Shown one piece after another: positions 17,360 to 25,309 of a DNA stretch of 33,608 nucleotides. The notes beneath the pieces were generated by a model, which was not told the DNA's origin, made no database searches, and saw nothing but the letters and a program-made list of their open reading frames with translations. The stretch spans positions 1-33,608 of the forward strand of contig CAZCAB010000002.1 of the NCBI GenBank assembly GCA_964496615.1. Reading direction: 5' to 3'. The translations under genes were made by a program, and so were the position numbers. Origin of the DNA: an uncultured Gammaproteobacteria bacterium. Its GTDB lineage: Bacteria > Patescibacteriota > Patescibacteriia > Magasanikbacterales > UBA922. Each line of letters opens with the position of its first letter. Position 1 is the first letter of the stretch.

Positions 17360-18697
17360 ATGCGTCGAGTCATGACGATCACCTTTTTTGTTGTCTCGAT
17401 GCCTGGATGCGTCGAGAAATTCGAGCCTGCTGGCCAGTCCCTTGATGAGAACTCGGGTGACGAAGGCGGGCAGGAAGGCGACGAGGGAAACGCAGAACCC
17501 GATCCTGACGAAGGCGGGCAGGAAGGCGACGAGGGAAACGCAGAACCCGATCCTGACCCCGATCCTGACGAAGGCGGGCAGGAAGGCGACGAGGGAGAAG
17601 GTGAAGGGGAGGGCGAGGATGACCGCGTGATCAACTGCGGTGACGACAGTCACTGTGTCGACATCACGAACATCTGTTCGTGCGATGACGACAACAGCAT
17701 CTATTGCGAGCGTAAGACCGGCACGTGCACCGCAGGTCGCTGCGACCTTGAGCCGGTGCTCGTCAGTGCTTGCCCGTTTGGTTGCGATCACGAGCTCAAT
17801 CAATGCCGCCCCGCACCGTGTCCCGAAGGTGACACTTGCTGCGAAGGTGATGAGGAAGAGCCCCCATGTAACGGATGTCCCGAAGGGACAATCGTGCCCG
17901 AAGGCACGGTCTGCGTACCAGGAGGTGAATTCCGAATGGGTAGCCCAGAGGACGAAAATGGTCGGGACGGTGCGAACGAACGCCAGATCGCAGTCGCCCT
18001 CACCAACGCCTTACTGGTCGCGCGTACAGAAATCACGCAGTTCGAGTGGGAGCTCGTGATGGACCATCGCCCATCGTCACGGGAAGACTGTGACAACTGC
18101 CCGGTCGAGCAAATCGCCTGGGCTGACGTGGTCGCCTACGCCAATAGCCTCTCGACTCAGGATGAGCTGAATCCCTGCTATCTGAACGAAGATGGTGAGG
18201 TCTACGGCTCGCAAGACGCCGAGAATCGTCGAGCAGTGGTGTGGCAAAATGGGTATGATTGCGAAGGGTGGAGGCTCCCAACGGAAGCTGAGTGGGAGTA
18301 TGCCACACGGGCAGGAACAACCACACCCTGGTGGTGCGGTGAGGATCCTGAATGCCTCGAGCAAACCGAATGGTACCTGCGAAATGCCCAGAACGGATCT
18401 CATGAAGTCTGCCTCAAAGAGGAAAACGCATGGGGCCTGTGCGACACCGTCGGCAACGTCATCGAGTGGGTCTGGAACTGGTATGGACCTCATCCGGACT
18501 TGGAGGAGACACTCATCAATCCGCGAGGACCAGAAGGTGACGGGAACAACCCGAAGGTGTTTAAGGGGTGCGGTTACGTACTCCCGGCGGAATCATGTCG
18601 TAGCGCGAGTCGCCTGTCAGGTCGACCGTTCGAGGAGATCGCCCCCCACGTCGGCGCACGTCTCGTGAGGAAGGCATCGCAGATCGGCAATCTGTAG
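17360..18697 (+). CDS. putative lipoprotein with acidic repeat linker, Cys-rich region and FGE/SUMF1 (formylglycine-generating enzyme family) domain
   Basis: Signal plus lipobox-like MRRVMTITFFVVSMPGC. A DEGGQEGDEGNAEPDP repeat linker and many Cys residues follow. FGE-sulfatase signatures GGEFRMGS, WRLPTEAEWEYATRAGTTTPW and GNVIEWVWNWY are present. G+C is far above the flanks. A strong SD supports the ATG at 17360. Confidence 0.85.
   Translation: MRRVMTITFFVVSMPGCVEKFEPAGQSLDENSGDEGGQEGDEGNAEPDPDEGGQEGDEGNAEPDPDPDPDEGGQEGDEGEGEGEGEDDRVINCGDDSHCVDITNICSCDDDNSIYCERKTGTCTAGRCDLEPVLVSACPFGCDHELNQCRPAPCPEGDTCCEGDEEEPPCNGCPEGTIVPEGTVCVPGGEFRMGSPEDENGRDGANERQIAVALTNALLVARTEITQFEWELVMDHRPSSREDCDNCPVEQIAWADVVAYANSLSTQDELNPCYLNEDGEVYGSQDAENRRAVVWQNGYDCEGWRLPTEAEWEYATRAGTTTPWWCGEDPECLEQTEWYLRNAQNGSHEVCLKEENAWGLCDTVGNVIEWVWNWYGPHPDLEETLINPRGPEGDGNNPKVFKGCGYVLPAESCRSASRLSGRPFEEIAPHVGARLVRKASQIGNL
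17459..17596 (+). repeat. in-frame 48-bp tandem repeat: two perfect copies, a 12-bp spacer, then a 30-bp partial third copy
   Basis: 17459-17506 and 17507-17554 are identical (gacgaaggcgggcaggaaggcgacgagggaaacgcagaacccgatcct). 17555-17566 is gaccccgatcct. 17567-17596 repeats the first 30 nt. Confidence 0.92.
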
Positions 18698-18797
18698 GGT
18701 GCCTCTCCAAAAAAGCTCCACAAACCAACGAGGGTCAGGAGCGCCCTCATTCACCTGCGATATTGATATATAATAAATCGATGGTGCAGGAGAATAT

Positions 18798-18821
18798 AAA
18801 AAATCTCTGTTGAGATTTTTT
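18798..18821. terminator. bidirectional hairpin terminator between convergent genes
   Basis: AAAAAATCTC-TGTT-GAGATTTTTT lies between the FGE-like gene (+) and the end of the long minus-strand operon, overlapping the HAD stop codon by 2 nt. Confidence 0.5.
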
Positions 18822-19488
18822 ATATTTGTCTAATATTACTTGAAACTTTCAAAAATAGGTCAGAAAGCGAATCGACTATTACTTCTCTTTCTGAAATGAC
18901 TCCAGGTTGCCATTTGTTAAACTGATTCGCAAGACCAAAAAAAGGAATATTGCAAGATTGCGCTGCAAGCATATCACTCTCACCATCACCGACCATGCAC
19001 GCCCGTTCCCTGTCATATCCGTTCTCTAAAAGAATCAGGTTAATGACGTCAGTTTTTTTTCTCGGACTCCCATAGCATCCCTTAAAGAAATTTCGTATCT
19101 CAAGTCCATCAATAGTTTCCTGCACTTGCTCTTCAGGCGTGCCCGTGATTATGTACAAATCAGCATCATGTGAAATTTCCTTGAGGAGCTCTTGGACGCC
19201 CGGGTTGAGACCCCTGCTAAGTATCTGCCGCTGAATACAATCGTTGTATGCTTTCGCATAGTGTTCAACCGTACGATCAATATCGTCTTTACCTACACCG
19301 CAAGCAGTAAATGTTCGCTCCAATATCTCATAGCGAGATTTTTCTCTATGAGTAAAGAGTACATCGTCCATTGCACGATGTAACCTCTCATCATCTGCAG
19401 GGAGAATGTCAAAAAATGCATCAAATTTGAGTTGATTAGAATCAACTATAATACCATCAAAGTCGAAGAAGACAGACCGAGAAGGCAT
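18820..19488 (-). CDS. HAD-superfamily phosphatase (subfamily IA-like)
   Basis: Motif I FFDFDGIIVDS, motif II IITGT, motif IV MVGDGESD. It is the last gene of the operon, 6 nt after the NeuB-cupin gene. Confidence 0.8.
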   Translation of the reverse strand: MPSRSVFFDFDGIIVDSNQLKFDAFFDILPADDERLHRAMDDVLFTHREKSRYEILERTFTACGVGKDDIDRTVEHYAKAYNDCIQRQILSRGLNPGVQELLKEISHDADLYIITGTPEEQVQETIDGLEIRNFFKGCYGSPRKKTDVINLILLENGYDRERACMVGDGESDMLAAQSCNIPFFGLANQFNKWQPGVISEREVIVDSLSDLFLKVSSNIRQI

Positions 19489-19494
19489 ACTGGA

Positions 19495-21030
19495 CTACTC
19501 AAATTGATACCTACCCCAGTTGACCAGCTTTGTCTTTCTATCCTCCCGTTTCATGTTATTAATTGAATGATCCTCATATATTGAATCATTATTGTAGTGA
19601 GTTGTTGACACCTCCTCAAAAACAACACCCGTCTCTGTTGAGAATCCATGACGAACACCTCTTTGAACAAGTAAAGTATCCCCTGGATACAAACGGCGGA
19701 CACGACCTTCAATGTCAACATCAAGCTCTCCCCACAAAATTTGAAATGACTCTTCTTTCTTCTTGTGGTGGTGAGATGGATTCCGTTGTCCAGCCATTTG
19801 AACAAGTATTTTCTTACAATACTCACGATTGATACACGTAATGATCGCAACACCAGCTTCGTGAAAATTCTCAAGTCCATAATGATGCGATAGCTCGAGA
19901 TCAAAATCATACCCTACATGAATTTTTGCGATGTTAAGCATTCCTCGAATCTCGTGAATAGAATGATAGATAATTTCTGCATTCGTCTTCTTAAGACCTT
20001 TGAGTGCATCACTACTCACAGGATCATTCTTCTTGTATGATCTATCAGCTATATGTCCTGTGCTCCACTCCCCACTCGTCAGTTGACCCTCCTGAAGTGG
20101 AATTGAAAAGAAAACATCTTCATCTTGAATGACTTCTCCTGCTTGGATATCCTTTTTTACATAAACACCACGAAGTAATGTCTTAAGAGATGCCATCTCG
20201 CTCTCTGCGGCCGCAGGCCTTATATCACTCCCACAGGATTCTTTCGCTTCTTTATACGCTCGTATCCACTGCTCGAGTTGTTGTGGTGTTGAAGAATATG
20301 CATTTAGATTGATCTCACTTGTCGCTACGCCAACATGTCTTTCAAAAAGCTTTGCACCCTTTGCACACGCTATCTGAACTGCTGACATGTTATCCGGATG
20401 TTCATGAGTTGAAAATCCGATCGGCACATGATGATACCGTGCACGCAAATTATCTATCTGATTGAGCTGAAGCTGATCATGAGGTGTCGGATATATAGCA
20501 ATGCAGTGCATGAGTGCAAACTGCACATCCTTATGATCTAAAAAGCTTACCAACTTATCAATATCCTTGATCGACAGACCTCCAGTTGAGACAATCATCG
20601 GCTTACCTGTGGCTGCCGCCTTTTCTAAAAGGGGCCAATCGCGAGCAGAACAACTCCCAATCTTCAATATTTCAACACCGAGTTTCACAAGTGTATCAAC
20701 TGAATCCTCATCAAATGGTGTACTCATGGTAACTAATCCACGCGCGCGCGTATGCTCGACCAAGGCCTTAAATTCATCTTCGCTTAGGCGAGTCGAAAGA
20801 AAACGTTGTACATGCTTGACATCGTCCCTTTCTCTAAAATCAGGATGGATAAATGTATCCAAATTTCGAAATTGCAACTTAACAGCAGCCTGAACCCCCA
20901 TGTTCTTTGTTACTCCTCCGTGCTCATCAATTATCCTCTTACCATGCTCAACACTACCCTGATGGTTGTTAGCCATCTCGAGTATAAACAGGTCAGAGAA
21001 AATTGAATTGTCCTTGTTCTGAATCGCCAT
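19495..21030 (-). CDS. NeuB-family synthase fused to SAF and C-terminal cupin domains (511 aa)
   Basis: N-terminal ILEMANNHQGS...VKLQFR, then CIAIYP, GFSTHE and FERHVG NeuB motifs. A SAF-like VYVKKDIQAGEVI segment follows. The C-terminal cupin motif 1 fits G-x5-HxH-x4-E-x6-G (GQRNPSHHHKKKEESFQILWG, G codon at 19789-19791), and motif 2 is approximated by PGDTLLVQRGVRH. Confidence 0.8.
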   Translation of the reverse strand: MAIQNKDNSIFSDLFILEMANNHQGSVEHGKRIIDEHGGVTKNMGVQAAVKLQFRNLDTFIHPDFRERDDVKHVQRFLSTRLSEDEFKALVEHTRARGLVTMSTPFDEDSVDTLVKLGVEILKIGSCSARDWPLLEKAAATGKPMIVSTGGLSIKDIDKLVSFLDHKDVQFALMHCIAIYPTPHDQLQLNQIDNLRARYHHVPIGFSTHEHPDNMSAVQIACAKGAKLFERHVGVATSEINLNAYSSTPQQLEQWIRAYKEAKESCGSDIRPAAAESEMASLKTLLRGVYVKKDIQAGEVIQDEDVFFSIPLQEGQLTSGEWSTGHIADRSYKKNDPVSSDALKGLKKTNAEIIYHSIHEIRGMLNIAKIHVGYDFDLELSHHYGLENFHEAGVAIITCINREYCKKILVQMAGQRNPSHHHKKKEESFQILWGELDVDIEGRVRRLYPGDTLLVQRGVRHGFSTETGVVFEEVSTTHYNNDSIYEDHSINNMKREDRKTKLVNWGRYQFE

Positions 21031-21077
21031 AATTAAAGGGTGTGAATCAATGTGAGTAAAGAGTTAATACATCCTCC

Positions 21078-21815
21078 TCATTTAATCTTATGTTTCGTTA
21101 GGTATAGTTCGACAAGGTCAAAATCTATTGGCGTATCTATGTCGATACAATTTTCGCTCGGCATCTCAAAATATCCTATATCTTTACCAACCACCGTGTC
21201 AAATTGATCTATCGTCTTGGTGTATATCACATCAACAGCGCCATGCACATATGCTTTAGGCAATACTTGTCTTGGCATATCATACGGATGCTCAAAACCC
21301 GTAAATGATGGCGGAACTAATGATTCGATCCTTCCATCTTTTTCACTTTTTTTCCATGCTTTATACGGATGACTCGGGGCAGATGAAATAGATCTAACAC
21401 AATCGAGAATTGGGTCAGCAAGGAGTGTACAAATACCCTGATCAATATGTTCTGAAGTCCTCAACGGGAATGTGGGAGCCAATCGCAACACGACGTCGGG
21501 ATGATATTGCTGATTCTGATCAAGCCACGTGAGCGCGTGCTTTATGAACTCAATATCAGTTGAATCGTCCTGTGCTAGTTCTGCAGGCCGCAAGAAAGGT
21601 ACATCAGCGCCATGTTGCCTGGCTACATCCGCTATCTCTTCATCATCTGTCGTCACAATAATGCGATCGATATGCTCAGATTTTTTTGCTGCATCGATAG
21701 TCCATGCAATAAGTGGTTTTCCTGCTATTGGCAATATGTTTTTTCTAGGAACGCCTTTAGAGCCACCGCGTGCTGGTATAATCGCCAGCACTTCGACATT
21801 GCTTTGAACAACCAT
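21078..21815 (-). CDS. acylneuraminate (nonulosonate) cytidylyltransferase, NeuA-like paralog 1
   Basis: CTP_transf_3 signature IIPARGGSKGVPRKNI...GKPLIAWTI. The track start at 21824 is TTG, so the ATG at 21815 is preferred. Confidence 0.87.
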   Translation of the reverse strand: MVVQSNVEVLAIIPARGGSKGVPRKNILPIAGKPLIAWTIDAAKKSEHIDRIIVTTDDEEIADVARQHGADVPFLRPAELAQDDSTDIEFIKHALTWLDQNQQYHPDVVLRLAPTFPLRTSEHIDQGICTLLADPILDCVRSISSAPSHPYKAWKKSEKDGRIESLVPPSFTGFEHPYDMPRQVLPKAYVHGAVDVIYTKTIDQFDTVVGKDIGYFEMPSENCIDIDTPIDFDLVELYLTKHKIK

Positions 21816-21825
21816 ATACAACAAA

Positions 21826-22173
21826 TTATCTAATGATCACGTCAACTACTGTATAATCTTGAGTAACTACTGGAATCATATGAACAGCAGAATTCTGTAA
21901 AAGAATTTCCTCTGCATCTTTTTTGTATTCATCTCCAGAAACAGCTATTGGATTACGATTCACAATTGACTCAATAGGTGAAAAAACTGTCTGACCTCTT
22001 ACCAATGCTCGTCGAATATCCCCGTCCGCAGCAACACCGATAAGTTCTGCTTTTTCACCAACTACAATTACAGCACCTCTATGGTTATCACTCATTGCAA
22101 TCATGGCGTCTTTTATCGTCGCGTTGCTATAGACGATATAATTTTTGTCTATCAATTCTTGTATGGAAGCCAT
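21826..22173 (-). CDS. stand-alone CBS-domain pair protein
   Basis: 115 aa. ATIKDAMIAM...GAVIVV...LIGVAADGDIRRAL is a typical CBS pattern. It is packed between neuC and a NeuA-like gene with 1-3 nt gaps. Confidence 0.75.
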   Translation of the reverse strand: MASIQELIDKNYIVYSNATIKDAMIAMSDNHRGAVIVVGEKAELIGVAADGDIRRALVRGQTVFSPIESIVNRNPIAVSGDEYKKDAEEILLQNSAVHMIPVVTQDYTVVDVIIR

Positions 22174-22176
22174 ATA

Positions 22177-23328
22177 CTAATATGTTATTTTTTTGACCAG
22201 TAAATCTTCGTCTATAGAAATATTACCAAGCACATCAACAATCCGACGTGATGAATTTCCGTCACCATACGGATTCTTGCAATTCTTTAGCTTCTCTTTA
22301 AACGAAGGATCCAACGCTTTTTGTATGGCATCCTGAATTTCCTCTCGCACACAACCTACATTTATCACGTTTTCCCCTTGCACTCTGCCATTTTGTCTGT
22401 TACCAATATTAACAACTGGCAATCCAAAGGTTGGTGCTTCGATAAGACCACTAGACGAATTACCCACCAACAGATCAACAACATTCATCAGTCCTGCATA
22501 ATCTTCACGAGGGATGTTAGGGTAAATTTTCATGTTTGACTTCCTGTGTTCTTGTATCTTTCTACGCACTATCCCGCTTCCTGCGTCTGAATTATTCAAA
22601 ATGATTGTAACTGTCCCATCAAACGAACAGACTGCGGACATTACCTCATCCATGTGCGTGTCAAGATCGCCAATTTCCTCAGTCGTGGAGTGATACACAA
22701 ACAGCATGTTCAGGCCATCTGGTTGCAAGCTATATTTGCGAATAATTTCATCTTGTGGTGTCATTCTTCCATTCACCAGTTCATCAAGCATCGGAGCTCC
22801 AACATTGTGCACGCGGTGTTCTTGTTCACCCATTTTGAGTAAACGTTGCGCAGCATCATCGTTAGCCGCAAAATGAATATGTGCATACTTTGTAATAGCA
22901 TGACGTGTGGTCCCGTCTATATTTCCGGATACCTCACCGGCCTGAATATGCGCAACCGGTATATACATATGTGCGCCAGCCATCGCAGCCACCATCTGCT
23001 CTCCGCGATCTCCAGATATAAGTATGAAATCAGCTCCCATCTGATTAATAATTTCCGGAAGCTGTAGCATAAATACTGCCAGAGATTTAACCATGGTTAT
23101 GTGATTGTACCCATCAATAGTATTGTGAACGGTTGCAGCAATTTTAAAATTATCTTTCTTGATCTGCTCAATACTTGCCCCAAAGGACTCAAGCAAGTGC
23201 ATATTGGTGACAACTATGGCGTAATCCATGTCTTCCCTTTTTTCGATCTCTTCAATGATCGGCCTAAAATAACCGTATTCTCCGCGAGACCCAGCTATGA
23301 TTGCCACTTTTCTTTTCTTTACTTCCAT
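22177..23328 (-). CDS. neuC: UDP-N-acetylglucosamine 2-epimerase, hydrolysing type (NeuC-like) paralog 1
   Basis: HIQAGEVSGNIDGTTRHAITKYAHIHF matches the hydrolysing NeuC pattern (H-x-x-G-E/D...D...RH.I.K..H.HF). 383 aa. Confidence 0.83.
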   Translation of the reverse strand: MEVKKRKVAIIAGSRGEYGYFRPIIEEIEKREDMDYAIVVTNMHLLESFGASIEQIKKDNFKIAATVHNTIDGYNHITMVKSLAVFMLQLPEIINQMGADFILISGDRGEQMVAAMAGAHMYIPVAHIQAGEVSGNIDGTTRHAITKYAHIHFAANDDAAQRLLKMGEQEHRVHNVGAPMLDELVNGRMTPQDEIIRKYSLQPDGLNMLFVYHSTTEEIGDLDTHMDEVMSAVCSFDGTVTIILNNSDAGSGIVRRKIQEHRKSNMKIYPNIPREDYAGLMNVVDLLVGNSSSGLIEAPTFGLPVVNIGNRQNGRVQGENVINVGCVREEIQDAIQKALDPSFKEKLKNCKNPYGDGNSSRRIVDVLGNISIDEDLLVKKITY

Positions 23329-23333
23329 ACCAT

Positions 23334-24392
23334 CTATGATTCGACATCAGACCATTGAACAATGGTGCTCACTTGCATATCTTTACTCGCCTTTTTACCC
23401 AAAAAAGAGCCACTATATCTTTCATCCAAGTACTTTGCAGGTATTCCTGTTCCTGGCCGACGAGGCTCAACATTATCGAGTGTAAACTCATCCCCTTGAG
23501 TTATCTGCTTCGAAGTTACCACGCTATGATGGGCCCAATCCCGCACTGTTTGCTCCTCAGCACTTATTTCTTTTTTACAACCAAGCGAAGCCTCAATTTT
23601 TGATACTCCCTCGACTAAATCCACTAAATCTGCCGGCTCCAAGGAAATAAAGTGATCAGGTCCTGATTGATCGCGTGACAGTGTAAAATGCTTTTCCACA
23701 CAAGCTGCACCCAAAGCCGTTGCAGCATACGCCGTGAAATTATCGATCGTGTGATCGGACAGACCTACAGGCACATCAAAAGTGCTCTTCATTTTCTCTA
23801 TCATGCCAAGATTGATGTGGCTGTAATCTTTTGGAGGATACTCGGAAACGCAGTACATGAGTACAAGATGATCTTTAGCGCCTACCTCTTCATAGATACT
23901 GACTGTTTCTGCTATTTCTTCAAAAGTTGACATCCCAGTTGATACAATGATGGTTTTACCAGAACTCTTTGCAATAGTTGCTAATTTCCTATGCATCGGT
24001 AAATGTGTAAGCTCTCCGGATCCAACTTTGTATCCTGCCACACCAATGTCTTCCAACACATCAATCGCTGCGGGACAAAAAGGAGTACAAAGATATTGAA
24101 TGCCGACCTGCTCACAATAGTCTTTTATTTCTCTATGCATTTCAGGAGTGAACAAATTTTTCTTGAGAATATCATATAGTGGTCCATCCCACATCTGAAT
24201 TGACCCTGGCACCATTTCAACATCTGGAAGATGGAGCTGAAATTTGGCAACATGTGCGCCCGCTTTTTTAGCCTCATCCACCATTCGTTTTGCCGTCTGC
24301 ATGTCCCCATTATGAGAATCTGCTATCTCCACAATGATAGCTGTTGGTGCATCAGATCCTATTGATATATTTCCTAATTGACGAGTATGCAT
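23334..24392 (-). CDS. neuB: N-acylneuraminate (nonulosonate) synthase, canonical-length NeuB with SAF domain
   Basis: IIVEIADSHNGDMQTAKRMVDEAKKAGAHVAKFQ, YCVSEYP, GLSDHT and VEKHFTL motifs, plus C-terminal SAF (VVTSKQITQGDEF). Confidence 0.88.
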   Translation of the reverse strand: MHTRQLGNISIGSDAPTAIIVEIADSHNGDMQTAKRMVDEAKKAGAHVAKFQLHLPDVEMVPGSIQMWDGPLYDILKKNLFTPEMHREIKDYCEQVGIQYLCTPFCPAAIDVLEDIGVAGYKVGSGELTHLPMHRKLATIAKSSGKTIIVSTGMSTFEEIAETVSIYEEVGAKDHLVLMYCVSEYPPKDYSHINLGMIEKMKSTFDVPVGLSDHTIDNFTAYAATALGAACVEKHFTLSRDQSGPDHFISLEPADLVDLVEGVSKIEASLGCKKEISAEEQTVRDWAHHSVVTSKQITQGDEFTLDNVEPRRPGTGIPAKYLDERYSGSFLGKKASKDMQVSTIVQWSDVES

Positions 24393-24393
24393 A

Positions 24394-25113
24394 TTATTTT
24401 TTCTGAATGATTTCCTTCATTATAAGCTCTGCATAATCAAAATCTCTTTGCGTATCGATATCAAGGGCATACACACTATCCATCTCGTATCCATAGGTAT
24501 TCTCACCCCAGAGCGTCTTAGTACTATACATGCTACTAACTTTAAATGCATAAATTGCTGAATTGATATAGTATGATTCAGACACATCTTGATTTCTGTG
24601 TTTCATATCCTTCACCTGAGCCCCATCAATGACTCTCGTGAGCATATGCGATGTATCAATTTTCAACTGCTTGTATACACTGTATTTTGGATCAACAAGC
24701 GAGACACCAACAACAGAATCAATACCATCATGGTTTTGTATGATTTGTGCGACATCCTGAATGTGATTCACTTGTCTACCTGGGCATGAAGGCTCCAGAA
24801 GGACAACCCAATCAGGGTCATAATTATCATGCTCTTTAAGCCAAGTAACTGCGTGAAATATGGGATCAAAAGAAGATGATGTATCAGTCGCATATTCAGG
24901 TGGGCGCATGAACGGAACTTCGAGACCACAATCTAGACCAACTTGAGCAATCTGCTCATCGTCTGTTGAAAGTATGAATCGATCCAGCACGTTACTTTCT
25001 AGACCAACAGATGCTGTCCAAGCAAGAAGTGGTTTACCCAAAAACGACCTGATATTCTTTCCCGGCAGTCTTTTTGACCCTCCTCGTGCTGTTACGATTC
25101 CTAGGATATTCAT
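24394..25113 (-). CDS. neuA: acylneuraminate cytidylyltransferase, NeuA-like paralog 2
   Basis: IVTARGGSKRLPGKNI...GKPLLAWT. The track start at 25119 is TTG, so the ATG at 25113 (MNILGIV) is preferred. Confidence 0.85.
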   Translation of the reverse strand: MNILGIVTARGGSKRLPGKNIRSFLGKPLLAWTASVGLESNVLDRFILSTDDEQIAQVGLDCGLEVPFMRPPEYATDTSSSFDPIFHAVTWLKEHDNYDPDWVVLLEPSCPGRQVNHIQDVAQIIQNHDGIDSVVGVSLVDPKYSVYKQLKIDTSHMLTRVIDGAQVKDMKHRNQDVSESYYINSAIYAFKVSSMYSTKTLWGENTYGYEMDSVYALDIDTQRDFDYAELIMKEIIQKK

Positions 25114-25156
25114 GAACAATATGTCGATATATAATACAATAAAGTATCAAGAAGTG

Positions 25157-25309
25157 TCAACTAGTGCCATTTCTCTGATTTGCCTTATTGTAAACTATGT
25201 CAAACATTCGTTTTCCTGACTGCCCATCAATCATATAACAAAACTGTTCAATGAGTTTTTGTCTGTTCGCCTTGTCGACATTTGGATTATAAATATATGT
25301 ATCAATCGC
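25157..25309 (-). other. out-of-frame C-terminal continuation (50 codons plus stop) of the upstream GT-B-like gene
   Basis: Hand translation of the -1 frame gives AIDTYIYNPNVDKANRQKLIEQFCYMIDGQSGKRMFDIVYNKANQRNGTS*, a typical glycosyltransferase C-terminal helix region with no start codon of its own. It joins the 25302..26552 frame if the A8 tract loses one A. Confidence 0.6.

Noticed and set aside
17459-17596. Possible CRISPR-like or regulatory repeat array
   Set aside because: The units are directly adjacent (no unique spacers), in-frame and inside a CDS. This is a coding tandem repeat. No CRISPR array is present anywhere in the window.
17155-18668. Cluster of 80-180 aa ORFs on both strands (17155..17634-, 17267..17803-, 17388..17630+, 17640..18059+, 17800..18096-, 18033..18326-, 18077..18493-, 18192..18668+)
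   Set aside because: These are the stop-codon-poor alternative frames expected in a GC-rich gene. Their translations are Pro/Ser/Arg/Gly low-complexity, and only the 17360..18697 frame carries FGE motifs, a signal peptide and an SD.
17217-18819. Calling the GC-rich insert a mobile element or genomic island with defined ends
   Set aside because: I could find no integrase, transposase, inverted or direct flanking repeats, or tRNA fragment. Only the compositional anomaly is supported.
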